From an uncultured Chloroflexia bacterium (lineage in GTDB: Bacteria > Chloroflexota > Limnocylindria > Limnocylindrales > CSP1-4), in NCBI GenBank assembly GCA_963807035.1, contig CAWEAL010000006.1:81994-145993 (forward strand): 64,000 nt of DNA, written 5' to 3'. Made by a program: the position numbers and the translations under genes. This document shows, piece after piece, positions 19,505 through 29,610 of the stretch. Numbering within the stretch: the stretch's first letter is position 1; each line of letters starts with the position of its first letter. Under the pieces are notes generated by a model, which saw only the letters and a program-made list of their open reading frames with translations, made no database searches and was not told the DNA's origin.

Positions 19505-20344
19505 TTACTGGCCGAGGCCCGGGATCGTGAAGGGTTGATCGCTGACCTGGTCGGCCGGCGGCGCCGCGATCGTGACGGCGGCGTCGTAGTTCGTCAGGTC
19601 GATCGTGATCGTCACGTTGCCCTGGCTGCCCGCGTCGACCGCGACAACGACCCGGCTCGGGCGCGAGTCGGATGTCTGGGTCCAGACATCGACCGTCAGG
19701 CTGCCCGACGTGCCGTCCAGGACGCCGCTGGCCTGCGGGAAGTCGGCGCTCGTGAGCTTCTCCTGGATGTGGTGGCAGGCCTGTCCGTTGACCGTCTCGT
19801 CCGCGAGCTGGGTCGGCGCCGGCAGCTTGGCCAGCTCGGCCTCGATGTCGGACAGCACGGCCGACGCCTCGGGCGCTGGGGAGTCGGTCGCGCTCAGGCT
19901 CGGCAGCGGCAGGGCGCTGGTCAGCGAGCTCAGGTCGAGCTTCTCGTACTGGGGACCGGTCAGGTTCGTCTTGATGTAGGCGGTGCCGCCGACGGCAATC
20001 ACGCTGGCACTCAGGTTCAACATGGCCGGCACCGTGGCGCTGACCTGGCCGCTGCCGTCGGTGATATCGAGGTCGCCCTCGATCGTCGTCCCGGACAGGT
20101 CGAGCGTCGTCGGGCTGGCGCCCGGCGCGCTGCTCGCGTCCGCGCCGCCAAGCAGGCCGGAGGCGTCGACGGTACCGCTCAGGGCGACCTTGAAGTGGAC
20201 GCTCTTGAGGTTCTGCAGGGCCGTGGTCGAACCGGTCAGGATCGCCCGAGGGTCGGCCGGGGTCGGGGTCGCGCTGCTGCTGCCCGAGCAGGCCGCGAAC
20301 AGGACTGCCGTAGCGGCCAGGAGGGACAGGAGTCGGCGAGACAT
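19505..20344 (-). CDS. LppX/LprAFG-family lipoprotein
   Basis: MSRRLLSLLAATAVLFAACSGS is a lipobox. KSVHFKVALSGTVD...GSLTVDVWT is typical of the LppX_LprAFG family. Confidence 0.8.
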   Translation of the reverse strand: MSRRLLSLLAATAVLFAACSGSSSATPTPADPRAILTGSTTALQNLKSVHFKVALSGTVDASGLLGGADASSAPGASPTTLDLSGTTIEGDLDITDGSGQVSATVPAMLNLSASVIAVGGTAYIKTNLTGPQYEKLDLSSLTSALPLPSLSATDSPAPEASAVLSDIEAELAKLPAPTQLADETVNGQACHHIQEKLTSADFPQASGVLDGTSGSLTVDVWTQTSDSRPSRVVVAVDAGSQGNVTITIDLTNYDAAVTIAAPPADQVSDQPFTIPGLGQ

Positions 20345-20685
20345 CGCGATACCTCAGAAGCGATCGGGGCAATTGCCGGCGAGGGTCGTGGTCGGAGCGT
20401 AACCGTCCTGGTTCGACGGGGCAACCCGCGGGGATGTTGCGCTCGGCGTTGCCAGCCGACCATCCCCCGATCGGCCTACTGCCGGTCAGAGTAGAGTCGG
20501 ATCCACGACCCCGCCGGATCGGGCCGGGTCGATCCGCAGGAGATGTCGATGCAGGCCGATCGGACCAGCCTGACCCGCGTTCGGGGAGGGCGGCCAGCAG
20601 GACGACGACCTGGCGAGCCGACTCAAGCACGCCGAGGCGGTGCTCGAGTCGGCGGCGCAGCCGTGAACGGCCGGATCGGCCGGCG

Positions 20686-21264
20686 ATGATCGACTTCGGC
20701 GCGGTCAACGCCGGAACGGCCGAGCTTGGCGACCTCGCCCGCGGCCTGACCCGGGAGGACCTGGCCGCGGCGACCCGGGCGATGACGGCGGCCCTGCTCG
20801 AGCAGTTGCGCGACGCGGTCGACGAGGATGTCACGTTCGTTCCGCTGGATCCGGCGGCCGAGGACACATTTGCCCTGGATTCGGCCGAGGTCGGGCTGGC
20901 CTGGACGCTCGGCCACGTGATCGTCCACCTCACCGCGAGCGCCGAGGAGGCGGCGATGCTCGCCGCCGAGCTTGCCCGCGGCGTCGAGCCCCACGGCCGC
21001 TCCCGCTCCGAGGTCCCCTGGCAGGGCGTCGAGACGATCGCGGCCTGTCGACGGCGGCTCGACGAGAGCCAGCGAATGATCCTGGCGAGCCTCGACACGT
21101 GGCCGGACGAACCCCACCTCGACGTCGTCTACACGACCGCCCGTGGAACGATTTGCAACGCGCCGGCCCGGTTCCTGGGCGGGCTGCTCCACGCCGACGC
21201 CCACCTCGGCCAGGTCGCGGACATCGTCGGCCAGGCTCAGGCCGCCCGAACCGGCGGTACATAG
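20686..21264 (+). CDS. DinB-family protein
   Basis: The ATG at 20686 lies within ORF 20434..21264. It is helical, with conserved His residues (LGHVIVHL...HADAHLGQV). Confidence 0.7.
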   Translation: MIDFGAVNAGTAELGDLARGLTREDLAAATRAMTAALLEQLRDAVDEDVTFVPLDPAAEDTFALDSAEVGLAWTLGHVIVHLTASAEEAAMLAAELARGVEPHGRSRSEVPWQGVETIAACRRRLDESQRMILASLDTWPDEPHLDVVYTTARGTICNAPARFLGGLLHADAHLGQVADIVGQAQAARTGGT

Positions 21265-21565
21265 ATCGGGTCCGGGGGTTCGCGTCCGGGCGGGTCCGCG
21301 GTGAGGTCCGGATCGGTTTGGTGGCCGCCCTGGCCGGAAGGTCGGGTGGGGTCCCGGACCAACGTGCCAGGCAAGGATTGCCATTTGCCTTCAGACTCGG
21401 CGGGGTCGTCCAGCCACTGACGGGGCTCGACCGACCGCCCATCGTCCAGCGCCGCACCGGGTCAGCGGATCGCTCCCTCGCGGAGGGCACCCCGGCCGGC
21501 AGCCTGGGCAAGTCGTTCAGCGTTCGCCGCCTCCAGCGGCGTTCTGGTAGTGAGGAGGCAGGACA

Positions 21566-22417
21566 TTGGGTTGGTTCGCCAACGGCGCCCATCGGGCGTC
21601 AAAATTGTTCACGGGCGCCCGGACGCTCTTCCTGGCCGCCGCTCTGGCGTGCCTCGGCGGGATGGCCGCCGTGCCGACCGTGGCCGCCGCGACGCCGGTC
21701 AAGGTCGTGATCATCGTCGGGCCGACGGGCACGGGCACGGCCCGGAACGTCGCCGACGCGAAGGCTCTGGCCGCCCAGGCTCGTGGCTTCGGCGCGACGG
21801 TGACCGAGATCTACAGTCCGAATGCCACCTGGAGCCGGGTCGTCGCCGCGGCGCAGGGTGCCAACATCCTGATCGACATGGGGCACGGCAACGGCTGGCC
21901 CAGCCCGTACGGCCCATTCCAGGAGAACACCAAGGACGGCCTCGGGCTGAACGCCAGCCTCAATCACGGCAACCTTGACCTCAAGTACTACGGCGCCAAC
22001 TACGTGCGCAAGTACATCCATCTCGCGCCGAACTCGGTGGTGATCCTTCACGGCATGTGCTACTCGGCCGGCAACTCCGAGCCCGGCAGGCCGATCCCGA
22101 CGATCGCGGTCGGCCGCGAGCGGGTCCAGAACTTCGCTGCAGGCTTCCTCTACGCCGGCGCGAAGGACGTCTTCGCCGAACCGTACGGCGACGTGGGCTA
22201 CATCCTCCAGGCGCTCTTCACGAGCAAGACCACGGCCCGCCAGATCTTCATGGGCCAGCACCAGGCCTACCCTGGGTCCGCGACCGGGATCACGTCCCTC
22301 GCCTACCCGTCGCAGCGAACCGCCGGGGCGCACCTGATCGCCGACCGCGACTCGACGGGCCATTTCCGGCGATCGGTGACCGGCAGCCTCGACATTACGC
22401 TCACCGACATGCGCTGA
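21566..22417 (+). CDS. Secreted hypothetical protein with a caspase/gingipain-like His...Cys arrangement
   Basis: TTG start with GAGGAGG 7 nt upstream. Signal peptide LFLAAALACLGGMAAVPTVAAA. Then VKVVIIVGP..., ILIDMGHGNGW and VVILHGMCYSAGN. Confidence 0.65.
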   Translation: MGWFANGAHRASKLFTGARTLFLAAALACLGGMAAVPTVAAATPVKVVIIVGPTGTGTARNVADAKALAAQARGFGATVTEIYSPNATWSRVVAAAQGANILIDMGHGNGWPSPYGPFQENTKDGLGLNASLNHGNLDLKYYGANYVRKYIHLAPNSVVILHGMCYSAGNSEPGRPIPTIAVGRERVQNFAAGFLYAGAKDVFAEPYGDVGYILQALFTSKTTARQIFMGQHQAYPGSATGITSLAYPSQRTAGAHLIADRDSTGHFRRSVTGSLDITLTDMR

Positions 22418-22506
22418 GAACGCGGCCTGCGCACCGGGCGGCGATGAACGCACCGATCGGGCGTTCGGCGGAAGACCCCGTCCGGCTCGTTCGCCCCAGG
22501 AGAAGA

Positions 22507-22547
22507 GAACGCCCGAATCCCGTCCTCGCGACCGGGTTCGGGCGTTC
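22507..22547 (+). terminator. Strong GC-rich hairpin, candidate intrinsic terminator
   Basis: gaacgcccgaa / ttcgggcgttc form a perfect 11-bp stem, extendable by cccg/cggg. It lies 90 nt after the stop at 22417. There is no clear U-tract. Confidence 0.4.
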
Positions 22548-22817
22548 CCTATTCCCGATCGGTTCGCCGTCCGCGAACGAGGAGGCCGGAGGCCCGCGCG
22601 AGGTTGAGTTGACGATCGGTCGGATCCGGCGCAACCTCGTGGCCTTCCTGGCTGAGGAGCTGAAGCCGATGCGATGGCAGGACTCGGAACCGGCGAGCCG
22701 CAGGCTCAGGCGCTCCGCGATCACGGATGTGGTCGTGTTCGCGATGGTCATCGTGCTGACGACCGTCGACCCGGGCTGGCAGCGCGTGGCTCCCGTCAGT
22801 GGCGTCGGGTCCTGAGT

Positions 22818-23225
22818 GTGGCCACGGTCAGCGTTCGCTACATCGTCAACGACGTCGAGGCGGCGATTGACTTCTACTGCAATCGGCTCGGCTTCCGGGA
22901 GACGATGCACCCGAATGGATTCTTCGCGATGCTCACCCACGGCGATCTTCGCCTGGTGCTCAGCAAGCCGGGCGGCGGACCGGGCGGCGGCCAGGGCAGC
23001 CCGGACGGCCAGATCCCGGAGCCCGGTGGCTGGAACCGCTTCTCGCTCGAGGTGGCCGATCTAGGGTCAACGGTCGAGCGGCTGCGGGACGCGGGCGTCC
23101 ACTTCCGAACAGCGATTATCGTCGGCGTCGGTGGTAAGCAGGTCGTGATCGACGATCCCTCGGGCAACCCGATCGAGCTGTTCGAGCCGATCCTGGCGGA
23201 GGCTCGCCTCGCCCAACCATCCTAG
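22818..23225 (+). CDS. VOC (glyoxalase) family protein
   Basis: The GTG at 22818 gives VATVSVRYIVNDVEAAIDFYCNRLGF...VIDDPSGNPIELFEP. Confidence 0.8.
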   Translation: MATVSVRYIVNDVEAAIDFYCNRLGFRETMHPNGFFAMLTHGDLRLVLSKPGGGPGGGQGSPDGQIPEPGGWNRFSLEVADLGSTVERLRDAGVHFRTAIIVGVGGKQVVIDDPSGNPIELFEPILAEARLAQPS

Positions 23226-23313
23226 GGTTCGAAGGAACCATCGACCCGGTTGCGACGTCTGCTGGATTCAACCCGGCCATCGTGCCGATGCCGCAGATCC
23301 AGGAGCCGAACCG

Positions 23314-23979
23314 ATGGACCGCACCTCGACCGCAGCCGTACTCCGTGTTCCGCGACGCCTCGGCCTGCTCGTACCGCTGGTCGCGCTGCTGATCGGCGGC
23401 TGCTCCGCCGCGACCGTCGCGCGATCGGCAGCGGCCCCGCCGGCGACACCTGCAAATAGCGCTGAGACGTCGACCGTCGGAGCTCCCGTGAGTGGCGCGG
23501 ATGTCGCCGTGGCCGGCACGCCGGGCGTCAGCATGGTTGGCAGCACAGGCTCGGGCAGTGCCACGACGAATGCGGCGATCGCCTATCCCTATCCCGCCCT
23601 CGGCGGCAGTGCGGGTCTTGCACCCGACCACGAGCTGGTCGTCAACGGCACCGGCGAGGCGACCGTGAAGACCGATCTCAGCAACCGGGCCGCCGCCCAG
23701 CGATCGGCTCTCGCTGCGGCGATCGCCGATGCGAAGGCCCAGGCAGAGTCCGCGGCGGCGGATGCCGGCGTACGCCTGGGTGGAGTCGTCTCGTTGAGCG
23801 TCTCGGTCGGCGGCGGCTCCATCGGGATCCTGCCGATGGGAGCGAGCGCGCCCGGGACCGGTGCAATCGCGCCGGACGGGACGACGAGCGTCCCGCCGGC
23901 GGCTGGAGGATCCGCCCCAATCCTGCCTGCGACCGAGCAGCTCGAAGTGACCGTGACCGTCGCCTACTCGATCAGCTGA
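23314..23979 (+). CDS. SIMPL/DUF541 domain lipoprotein
   Basis: LVALLIGGCS is a lipobox. ELVVNGTGEATVKTDL...AIADAKAQAESAAADAGVRLGGVVSL...LEVTVTVAYSI matches the SIMPL pattern. Confidence 0.8.
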   Translation: MDRTSTAAVLRVPRRLGLLVPLVALLIGGCSAATVARSAAAPPATPANSAETSTVGAPVSGADVAVAGTPGVSMVGSTGSGSATTNAAIAYPYPALGGSAGLAPDHELVVNGTGEATVKTDLSNRAAAQRSALAAAIADAKAQAESAAADAGVRLGGVVSLSVSVGGGSIGILPMGASAPGTGAIAPDGTTSVPPAAGGSAPILPATEQLEVTVTVAYSIS

Positions 23980-24132
23980 GCCCGGCCGGCGGCCCGAGCC
24001 AGCGGTTGGGCTCCGCGGGCCCGGAGCCGGGCATGTCGATTCTCGGGCCCGCTCGTTCGACGCATGGATAGAAGCCCGCGAACAGGTCCGCTGGATCACG
24101 TCCGGGCTCCGAACGAAGCGGAAGGAGTCGCC

Positions 24133-24513
24133 ATGCGGGTGCTGGCCCTGCTGAGGGCCGCCGATCCTCGGGACGCGGGTGTCCGCCCCGCCCCGAACCT
24201 CCTGGCAGAGTTGCGCCGGTTCAACGAGGATCTCGTGAATGCCGGCGTTACGCTGGCGGGGGAGGCGGTCGAACCTGGCGCAGCGGGCGTCCGGGTGACC
24301 GTCTCGAACGGGAAGCTGGCCGTCGTCGATCGGCCCGCCGAGCCAGCCGAGGTGCTCACCGGCCTCTGGCTGTGGCAGGTGCGCTCCATCGACGAGGCAA
24401 TCGAATGGGCCAGGCGCTGCCCCAACCCCACCGACGGCGAAGCGGAACTCGAACTCCGTTCGGTCGTCGAGCTGGGCGACTGGGCCAGGCCGGTTGAACG
24501 GCAATACGGGTGA
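24133..24513 (+). CDS. YCII-related/DGPF-family protein (divergent copy)
   Basis: MRVLALLRA...NEDLVNAGVTLAGEAV...WLWQVRSIDEAIEWARRCPNP has the same architecture as the downstream DGPF gene. Confidence 0.75.
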   Translation: MRVLALLRAADPRDAGVRPAPNLLAELRRFNEDLVNAGVTLAGEAVEPGAAGVRVTVSNGKLAVVDRPAEPAEVLTGLWLWQVRSIDEAIEWARRCPNPTDGEAELELRSVVELGDWARPVERQYG

Positions 24514-24553
24514 GCGGCAACACGACTGAACGACAGCACAAGGAGCAACGACG

Positions 24554-24928
24554 ATGCGATTCTTCTGCTACACCCTTGGCGACGAGAACATCTCGATCCC
24601 GCCCCCGAGCGAGACGGAGATGTCGGTCATGGGCAGGTTCATCGGCGAGGCGATCCAGGCCGGCGTGCTGGTCGAGACGGGCGGCTTCGCGCCGACCTCC
24701 CAGGCAGTCAAGGTCCAGTACTCGAAGGGAGGCTCCTTCAAGGTCACCGACGGACCGTTCGCCGAGGCGAAGGAGCTGATCGGCGGCTGGGCCCTGATCC
24801 AGACCGCCTCGCGCGACGAAGCCGTGGAATGGGCCAAGCGCTTCCTGGCGATCGTCGGGATCGACGGTGCCGAGTCGCGGGTCCGGCAGGTCTTCGGTCC
24901 GAGTGACTTCGAGCCTGCCGGCGGGTGA
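24554..24928 (+). CDS. YCII-related DGPF protein
   Basis: MRFFCY...FIGEAIQAGVLVETGG...KVTDGPFAEAKELIGGWALIQTASRDEAVEWAKRF carries the DGPFAE.KE motif. Confidence 0.85.
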   Translation: MRFFCYTLGDENISIPPPSETEMSVMGRFIGEAIQAGVLVETGGFAPTSQAVKVQYSKGGSFKVTDGPFAEAKELIGGWALIQTASRDEAVEWAKRFLAIVGIDGAESRVRQVFGPSDFEPAGG

Positions 24929-26210
24929 CCGGCGACGAACACGATCGGACGATCGATGCGGTCTGGCGGATCGAGTCGGCCCGGCTGATCGCCGGCTCTC
25001 ACCCGGATCGTGCGCGACGTCGGCCTGGCCGAGGACCTCGCGCAGGACGCGCTCGTCGCCGCGCTCGAGCAGTGGCCGGAGTCGGGCGTCCCGGACAACC
25101 CGGGCGCCTGGCTCATGGCGACCGCCAAGCCCGCGCGATCGACCTCGTGCGCCGCCAGAAGACGGCTCGAGCGCAAGCACGAGGAGCTCGGCCGCGAGTC
25201 GGGGCCGGGCAGGAGGCCGCGGCCGAACGGATTCGCACGCGAGCCTCGACGACGACGTCGGCGACGACCTGCTGCGGCTGCATCTTCATCACCTGCCATC
25301 CGGTGCTCTCCACGCGAGGCCCGCGTGGCCCTCACGCTCCGGCTGCTCGGCGGCCTGACGACCGACGAGATCGCGCGGGCGTTCCTCGTCCCGGAGCCGA
25401 CGATCGCCCAGCGGATCGTGCGCGCCAAGCGGACCCTCGCGGAGGCGCACGTCCCGTTCGAGGTCCCGCGCGGCGACGAGCTCGCCGCCCGGCTGGCGCT
25501 CGGTGCTCGAGGTCGTCTACCTCGTCTTCAACGAGGGCTACTCGGCCACGGCGGGCGACGACTGGATGCGACCGGGCTTGTGCGAGGACGCGCTGCGCCT
25601 CGGCCGGATCCTGGCCGAGCTGATGCCCGGAGAGCCCGAGGTCCACGGCCTCGTCGCTCTCATGGAGATCCAGGCATCGCGGTCGCGGGCGCGGGTCGGC
25701 CCGGACGGCGAGCCGATCCTGCTGCTCGACCAGGACCGCGCCCGCTGGGACCGGCTGCTCATCGGCCGCGGCCTGGCGGCGCTCGAACGGGCCGAGAAGC
25801 TCGGCGGAACGCTCGGTCCCTACGCGCTGCAGGCCGCGATCGCCGCCTGCCACGCCCGGGCCCGCACCGCCGACGAGACCGACTGGCCGCGGATCGCGGC
25901 ACTCTACGACGCCCTGGCCGAGGTCGCGCCGTCCCCGGTCGTCGAGCTGAACCGCGCGGTCGCGGTCGCCATGGCCTTCGGGCCGGCGGCCGGTCTCGAG
26001 CTGGTCGATCGCCTCGCCTCTGAGCCGGCCCTGCGAGCCTACCACCTGCTGCCGAGCGTGCGGGGCGACCTCCTCGCCCGGCTCGGCCGGTCGGACGAGG
26101 CCGCGGTCGAGTTCAGACGCGCGGCCGGCCTCACCCGCAACGCGCGCGAGCGCACCCTCCTCCTCGAGCGAGCCGCCGCCTCCATCGCGAAAGGAGCGTT
26201 CGGAGGCTGA
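24925..26210 (+). CDS. ECF sigma factor with a long TPR-like C-terminal extension (ECF42-type), at least 5 frame changes
   Basis: Sigma region 2 (VRDVGLAEDLAQDALVAALEQWP..G.P.NP.AWL), region 4 (LRLLGGLTTDEIARAFLVPEPTIAQRIVRAKRTL) and the extension (VLEVVYLVFNEGYSAT...PYALQAAIAACHA...YHLLPSVRGDLLARLGR) are spread over ORFs 24925, 25010, 24867 and 25503. The GTGA overlaps the DGPF gene stop. Confidence 0.85.
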
Positions 26211-26277
26211 TCAGCCGGCCGATCGCCGCCGCGGCCCGGTCGGGAGCTGCATGGTCGCGACTCCAGCTCTGGGAGCG

Positions 26278-26727
26278 TCAGGCCTTGGCTCGGTCCGCCT
26301 CGAGCTTGTCGAGCTTGTCGAGCAGGACGCCGATCGCGTCGTCCTGGGCCTGGAGGTGGTCCTGGATCTGCTGCGCCTCGTGGAACGTCGCGTCGGCGTC
26401 CTTGTAGGTCATCTCCGCCCGCTTGTCGGATGCGCGCGAGGAGATGTTCTGGCCGACGATGATCACCGACAGGAGGACCAGCTGGATGAACGTCTGGCTC
26501 AGCCACTGGATGAGGGCCAGGGGGCTGCCCGACTGTACCGCCGAAGGCAGGACGACGAGGGCGAGGATGGCGAAGGCATAGGCGCACCACATCGTCCCGA
26601 CTACGCCGGTGACGACGATCGCGATCCGGCCGTTCAGGCCGATGTGCTGATCGGCCGTCTTGGGCGGGCCGGACGCCTGGTGCTCGGCGATCCGCGGGTG
26701 GGGCCGGCGGACAAAGGTCACTGCCAT
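26278..26727 (-). CDS. DUF1003 family membrane protein
   Basis: The ATG at 26727 gives MAVTFVRRPHPRIAEHQ...GTMWCAYAFAILALVVLP...FIQLVLLSVIIVGQNI...DKRAEMTYKDADATFHEAQQIQ. The remainder of ORF 26278..27450 is antisense noise. Confidence 0.75.
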   Translation of the reverse strand: MAVTFVRRPHPRIAEHQASGPPKTADQHIGLNGRIAIVVTGVVGTMWCAYAFAILALVVLPSAVQSGSPLALIQWLSQTFIQLVLLSVIIVGQNISSRASDKRAEMTYKDADATFHEAQQIQDHLQAQDDAIGVLLDKLDKLEADRAKA

Positions 26728-26829
26728 CGTTTCGCGATCTCCCCTGGCTGGCCCATGGCGGGCGCGCGGGTCGGCGACCCGTTGTTGCCCATGATCGCTC
26801 AGGACCCGGGCAGCCGGTAGAGTGCGCGA

Positions 26830-27522
26830 ATGGCGGCCTTTTCCCCCCGCGCCTTCGTCCTGCGCCACACCCGCCTCCAGCCCGTCCCGGGCCTCGAGGA
26901 GATCCGCCTCCACCTGGCCGACGAGGTGCTGCCCCTGTGGGGCGCAGTCCAGGTCGAGACCGGGGATCCCGAGGCGGCCCTGCCGTACTGGGCGTTCGCC
27001 TGGGGCGGCGGGCTGGCGATCGGGCGCTACCTGCGCGACATGCCCGGGGCTGTCGCCGGCCGCCGGGTCCTCGACCTCGCGTCGGGCTCGGGCCTGTGCG
27101 CGATCGCGGCGCGCAAAGCCGGTGCGTCGCAGGTGGTCGGTGTCGACATCGACCCGTTGGCTGCCGCCGCGATCGAGATCAACGCCCGCGCCAACGGCGT
27201 CCGGTTGACGGCCCTCCGCCGGGACATCCTCGATGAGGAGCCGCCCGATGTCGACGTGATCATCGCCGGCGACTTCTGCTACGAGGCAGGCCTTGCCCGG
27301 CGGGTGATGGCCTGGCTTCACCGAGCCGAGGATCGCGGCATTGACGTAATCGTGGGTGACCCGGGCCGGCGCTACCTGCCGGCCGCGGAGCTGGTCATGC
27401 TCGCTTCGTACGAGGTCCGGACGACCACCGAGCTCGAGGATCTCGACCACAAGCAGGGCCGGGTCTACGCTCTGAGCGCCGTCTCGACGGGGGCACGCCG
27501 TGGAGACCGAAGTTCGGGATGA
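26830..27522 (+). CDS. Class I SAM-dependent methyltransferase (PrmA/Nnt1-like)
   Basis: RRVLDLASGSGLCAIAARKAGASQVVGVDIDP is SAM motif I. It is followed by VIIAGDFCYE. Confidence 0.8.
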   Translation: MAAFSPRAFVLRHTRLQPVPGLEEIRLHLADEVLPLWGAVQVETGDPEAALPYWAFAWGGGLAIGRYLRDMPGAVAGRRVLDLASGSGLCAIAARKAGASQVVGVDIDPLAAAAIEINARANGVRLTALRRDILDEEPPDVDVIIAGDFCYEAGLARRVMAWLHRAEDRGIDVIVGDPGRRYLPAAELVMLASYEVRTTTELEDLDHKQGRVYALSAVSTGARRGDRSSG

Positions 27523-27624
27523 CCCGGACGATCAGCCGGTGCCTGCGCCGGGCCCGGGCCGTCACTGGGACCGGCTCCAGGACGTCCAACGCCTGACCGT
27601 TTCCGTACGTCGAGGGTCGAGTCG

Positions 27625-28254
27625 ATGCGCGCTGTCCTGTTGGCGGTCGGTCTGGCCGCGGCCCTCATCGGGTGCAGTGGCGTGCCCACGCCGGTGCCGT
27701 CGTCCGGGCCGTCGTCGGGACCGGCGTCGCTCGCTCCCTCGGCTGGGCCGAGTGGTGCGCCGAGCGCAGCTCCGACGGTCGGCCCCACCCGCACGCCGAC
27801 GCCGACCGCCCAACCGATCGCCGTCTGCCTGGCGACCCAGCTGGCCGCCAAGGTGACGGGCTGGCAGGGCGCCGCGGGCCACCAGATCGCGAGCGTCACC
27901 CTGACGAACGCCTCGACCCACACCTGCACTGTCCAGGGGACCCCGGAGGTCGAGCTGGTCGACGCCCACGGGAACATCCTGATCGACTCCCAGACCGGTG
28001 GAGCGGACGGCCTGCCCCACGTCACGAAGGGCGATCCGGCGTTCCACCTCGCACACGGCGGCTCGGTCAGGACGCTCGTCCAGGACGACAACTACTGCCG
28101 GCCAGCCCCCGCCCTGCCAACGACCATCGCGCTCGTCCTGCCCTCGAATGCCGGCCGGCTCGTCGCGGCGGCCGGCCCGGGCGGTACGGTGCCGCCGTGC
28201 ATGGGCACGCCCGGCTCGCTCGGCTCGATCTCGATGAACGGCTGGGCGAAGTGA
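27625..28254 (+). CDS. DUF4232 domain lipoprotein
   Basis: LAAALIGCSG is a lipobox, followed by a P/S-rich linker. C..QL...V....GAAGH....V.L.N.S...C.V.G.P.V.LVD is the DUF4232 pattern. Confidence 0.75.
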   Translation: MRAVLLAVGLAAALIGCSGVPTPVPSSGPSSGPASLAPSAGPSGAPSAAPTVGPTRTPTPTAQPIAVCLATQLAAKVTGWQGAAGHQIASVTLTNASTHTCTVQGTPEVELVDAHGNILIDSQTGGADGLPHVTKGDPAFHLAHGGSVRTLVQDDNYCRPAPALPTTIALVLPSNAGRLVAAAGPGGTVPPCMGTPGSLGSISMNGWAK

Positions 28255-28264
28255 TGGCGGGATG

Positions 28265-29431
28265 CTAGCGTTGGCTCCGGACCGGCTCGCGCAGCTCCCG
28301 GTCGCCCGAGGTCGGTGGCACGGGCTCGGCCGGCGCATCGGCCGCCAGCACGGCCCGCCGGGCCATCTCGTCGGCGAGCACCTCTCGCAGCTTCGCCTGG
28401 CCGGGCTCGATCATGCTCGCCAGCATGCCCGGGACGAACGCTTGCTCGTCGCGTTCACGCCGGTTCTTGCCCCAGGTGAAACGGATCACGACCCGGGTGC
28501 CGTCCGGCACGTCCTCGAACGCAAACGTCGAGACGGCTTGGAAGCCATTCGGCATCGTCGTCCGATGGGTCACGTGGTCGGTCGGCCGCCAGTCGAGGAT
28601 CTCCTCCACCAGGACCTCGAGGCCGTGCACGCAGTGGTTCGTCGTCCCGGCGCCTCGGCGAGGGGCGGTCGGCAGCTCATCGATCCCGGTGACCCCGAAC
28701 TGCCAGAGCGGCCGGAGCGCCGGGTCGGTCATGAACGACCAGACGAGATCCCGCGGGGCCGGCTGGATCGCCTCGAAGGTGTACCCCGCCTCGCGCTCGG
28801 CCACGACCACGCGCCGGCGCTCGAGCTCGAGAGCCCAGGCGGCCCCCAGGTCCTCGACCCAGCCGACGACCTCGCCGAGGTCGTCGTAGGTGTCGCGATA
28901 CTCGGTCATCCCGAGCGTGGCAGGGTCGATCCCCATGGCCGCGACGCAGGCGGCGCTGAACAAGGCGTAGGCAGGGGTCCCGAGTCGCTCGACGACATGG
29001 TTCTTGAGGAACCGGTGGACGACGATCACGTCGGAGCCGACGAGCTCTTCGTGGCCGGCAATCCGGTGCCGGATGATCGAGCCGTGGTGGGCGACGACCT
29101 TGAGATCGAGCCGGGGCATCAGCGTACAGGCGTTGCACGTACAGGCCGTCGCCTGGGAGATGTCACGCAGGCGGCGCCGGAAGTTGAAATAGGTGCGCTC
29201 GACGGTATCCAGAAGCTGCGAGCCGTCGATCCGATCGCCGAGCGCGTAGGCGAAGGCGGCATCGCCTTCGAGCTTGGCCAGGCGAAAGCTCGGCCGGAGC
29301 GAACCGACGACGGTGGTCATCAGGTCGGCCAGGATGTCCTGGGCGTGGTCCAGCTCAGCACGCGCCAGGTAGCTGGTGTAACCGGAGATATCGGCGATCA
29401 GCAGACAGGCCGGCTCGGCTTGCGACAGCAC
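28265..29431 (-). CDS. DUF2652 (nucleotidyl-cyclase-fold) domain fused to an SRPBCC/polyketide-cyclase-like domain
   Basis: CLLIADISGYTSYLARAELDHAQDILADLM...LAKLEGDAAFAY...LKVVAHHG is DUF2652-like. The C-terminal half is START/SRPBCC-like, with WSFMTDPALRPLW. Confidence 0.65.
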   Translation of the reverse strand: MLSQAEPACLLIADISGYTSYLARAELDHAQDILADLMTTVVGSLRPSFRLAKLEGDAAFAYALGDRIDGSQLLDTVERTYFNFRRRLRDISQATACTCNACTLMPRLDLKVVAHHGSIIRHRIAGHEELVGSDVIVVHRFLKNHVVERLGTPAYALFSAACVAAMGIDPATLGMTEYRDTYDDLGEVVGWVEDLGAAWALELERRRVVVAEREAGYTFEAIQPAPRDLVWSFMTDPALRPLWQFGVTGIDELPTAPRRGAGTTNHCVHGLEVLVEEILDWRPTDHVTHRTTMPNGFQAVSTFAFEDVPDGTRVVIRFTWGKNRRERDEQAFVPGMLASMIEPGQAKLREVLADEMARRAVLAADAPAEPVPPTSGDRELREPVRSQR

Positions 29432-29610
29432 CCGCCTTCTCCTTCTCGTGCGGCAAGGCTCGCCGCGGCGTGACCATCATCGGGCCTCGAGCGCCCCCGC
29501 GTCGAGATGCGGGTCGGCCGCTGTCGAGCTCGCCCGCCCGCCACGCTGTCCCTCGCCACCCGGGAGCTTGACCAAAGCCGCACAATCGGGCGACAACAGG
29601 AGAGCGCCTG

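Noticed and set aside
22444-22815. The tail of ORF 22057..22815 (MNAPIGRSAEDP...) as a gene between the secreted protein and the VOC gene.
   Set aside because: Its first half is occupied by the strong 22507-22547 hairpin and has a low-complexity translation. At most, a short TTG-initiated ORF near 22607 could be real, which is not supportable.
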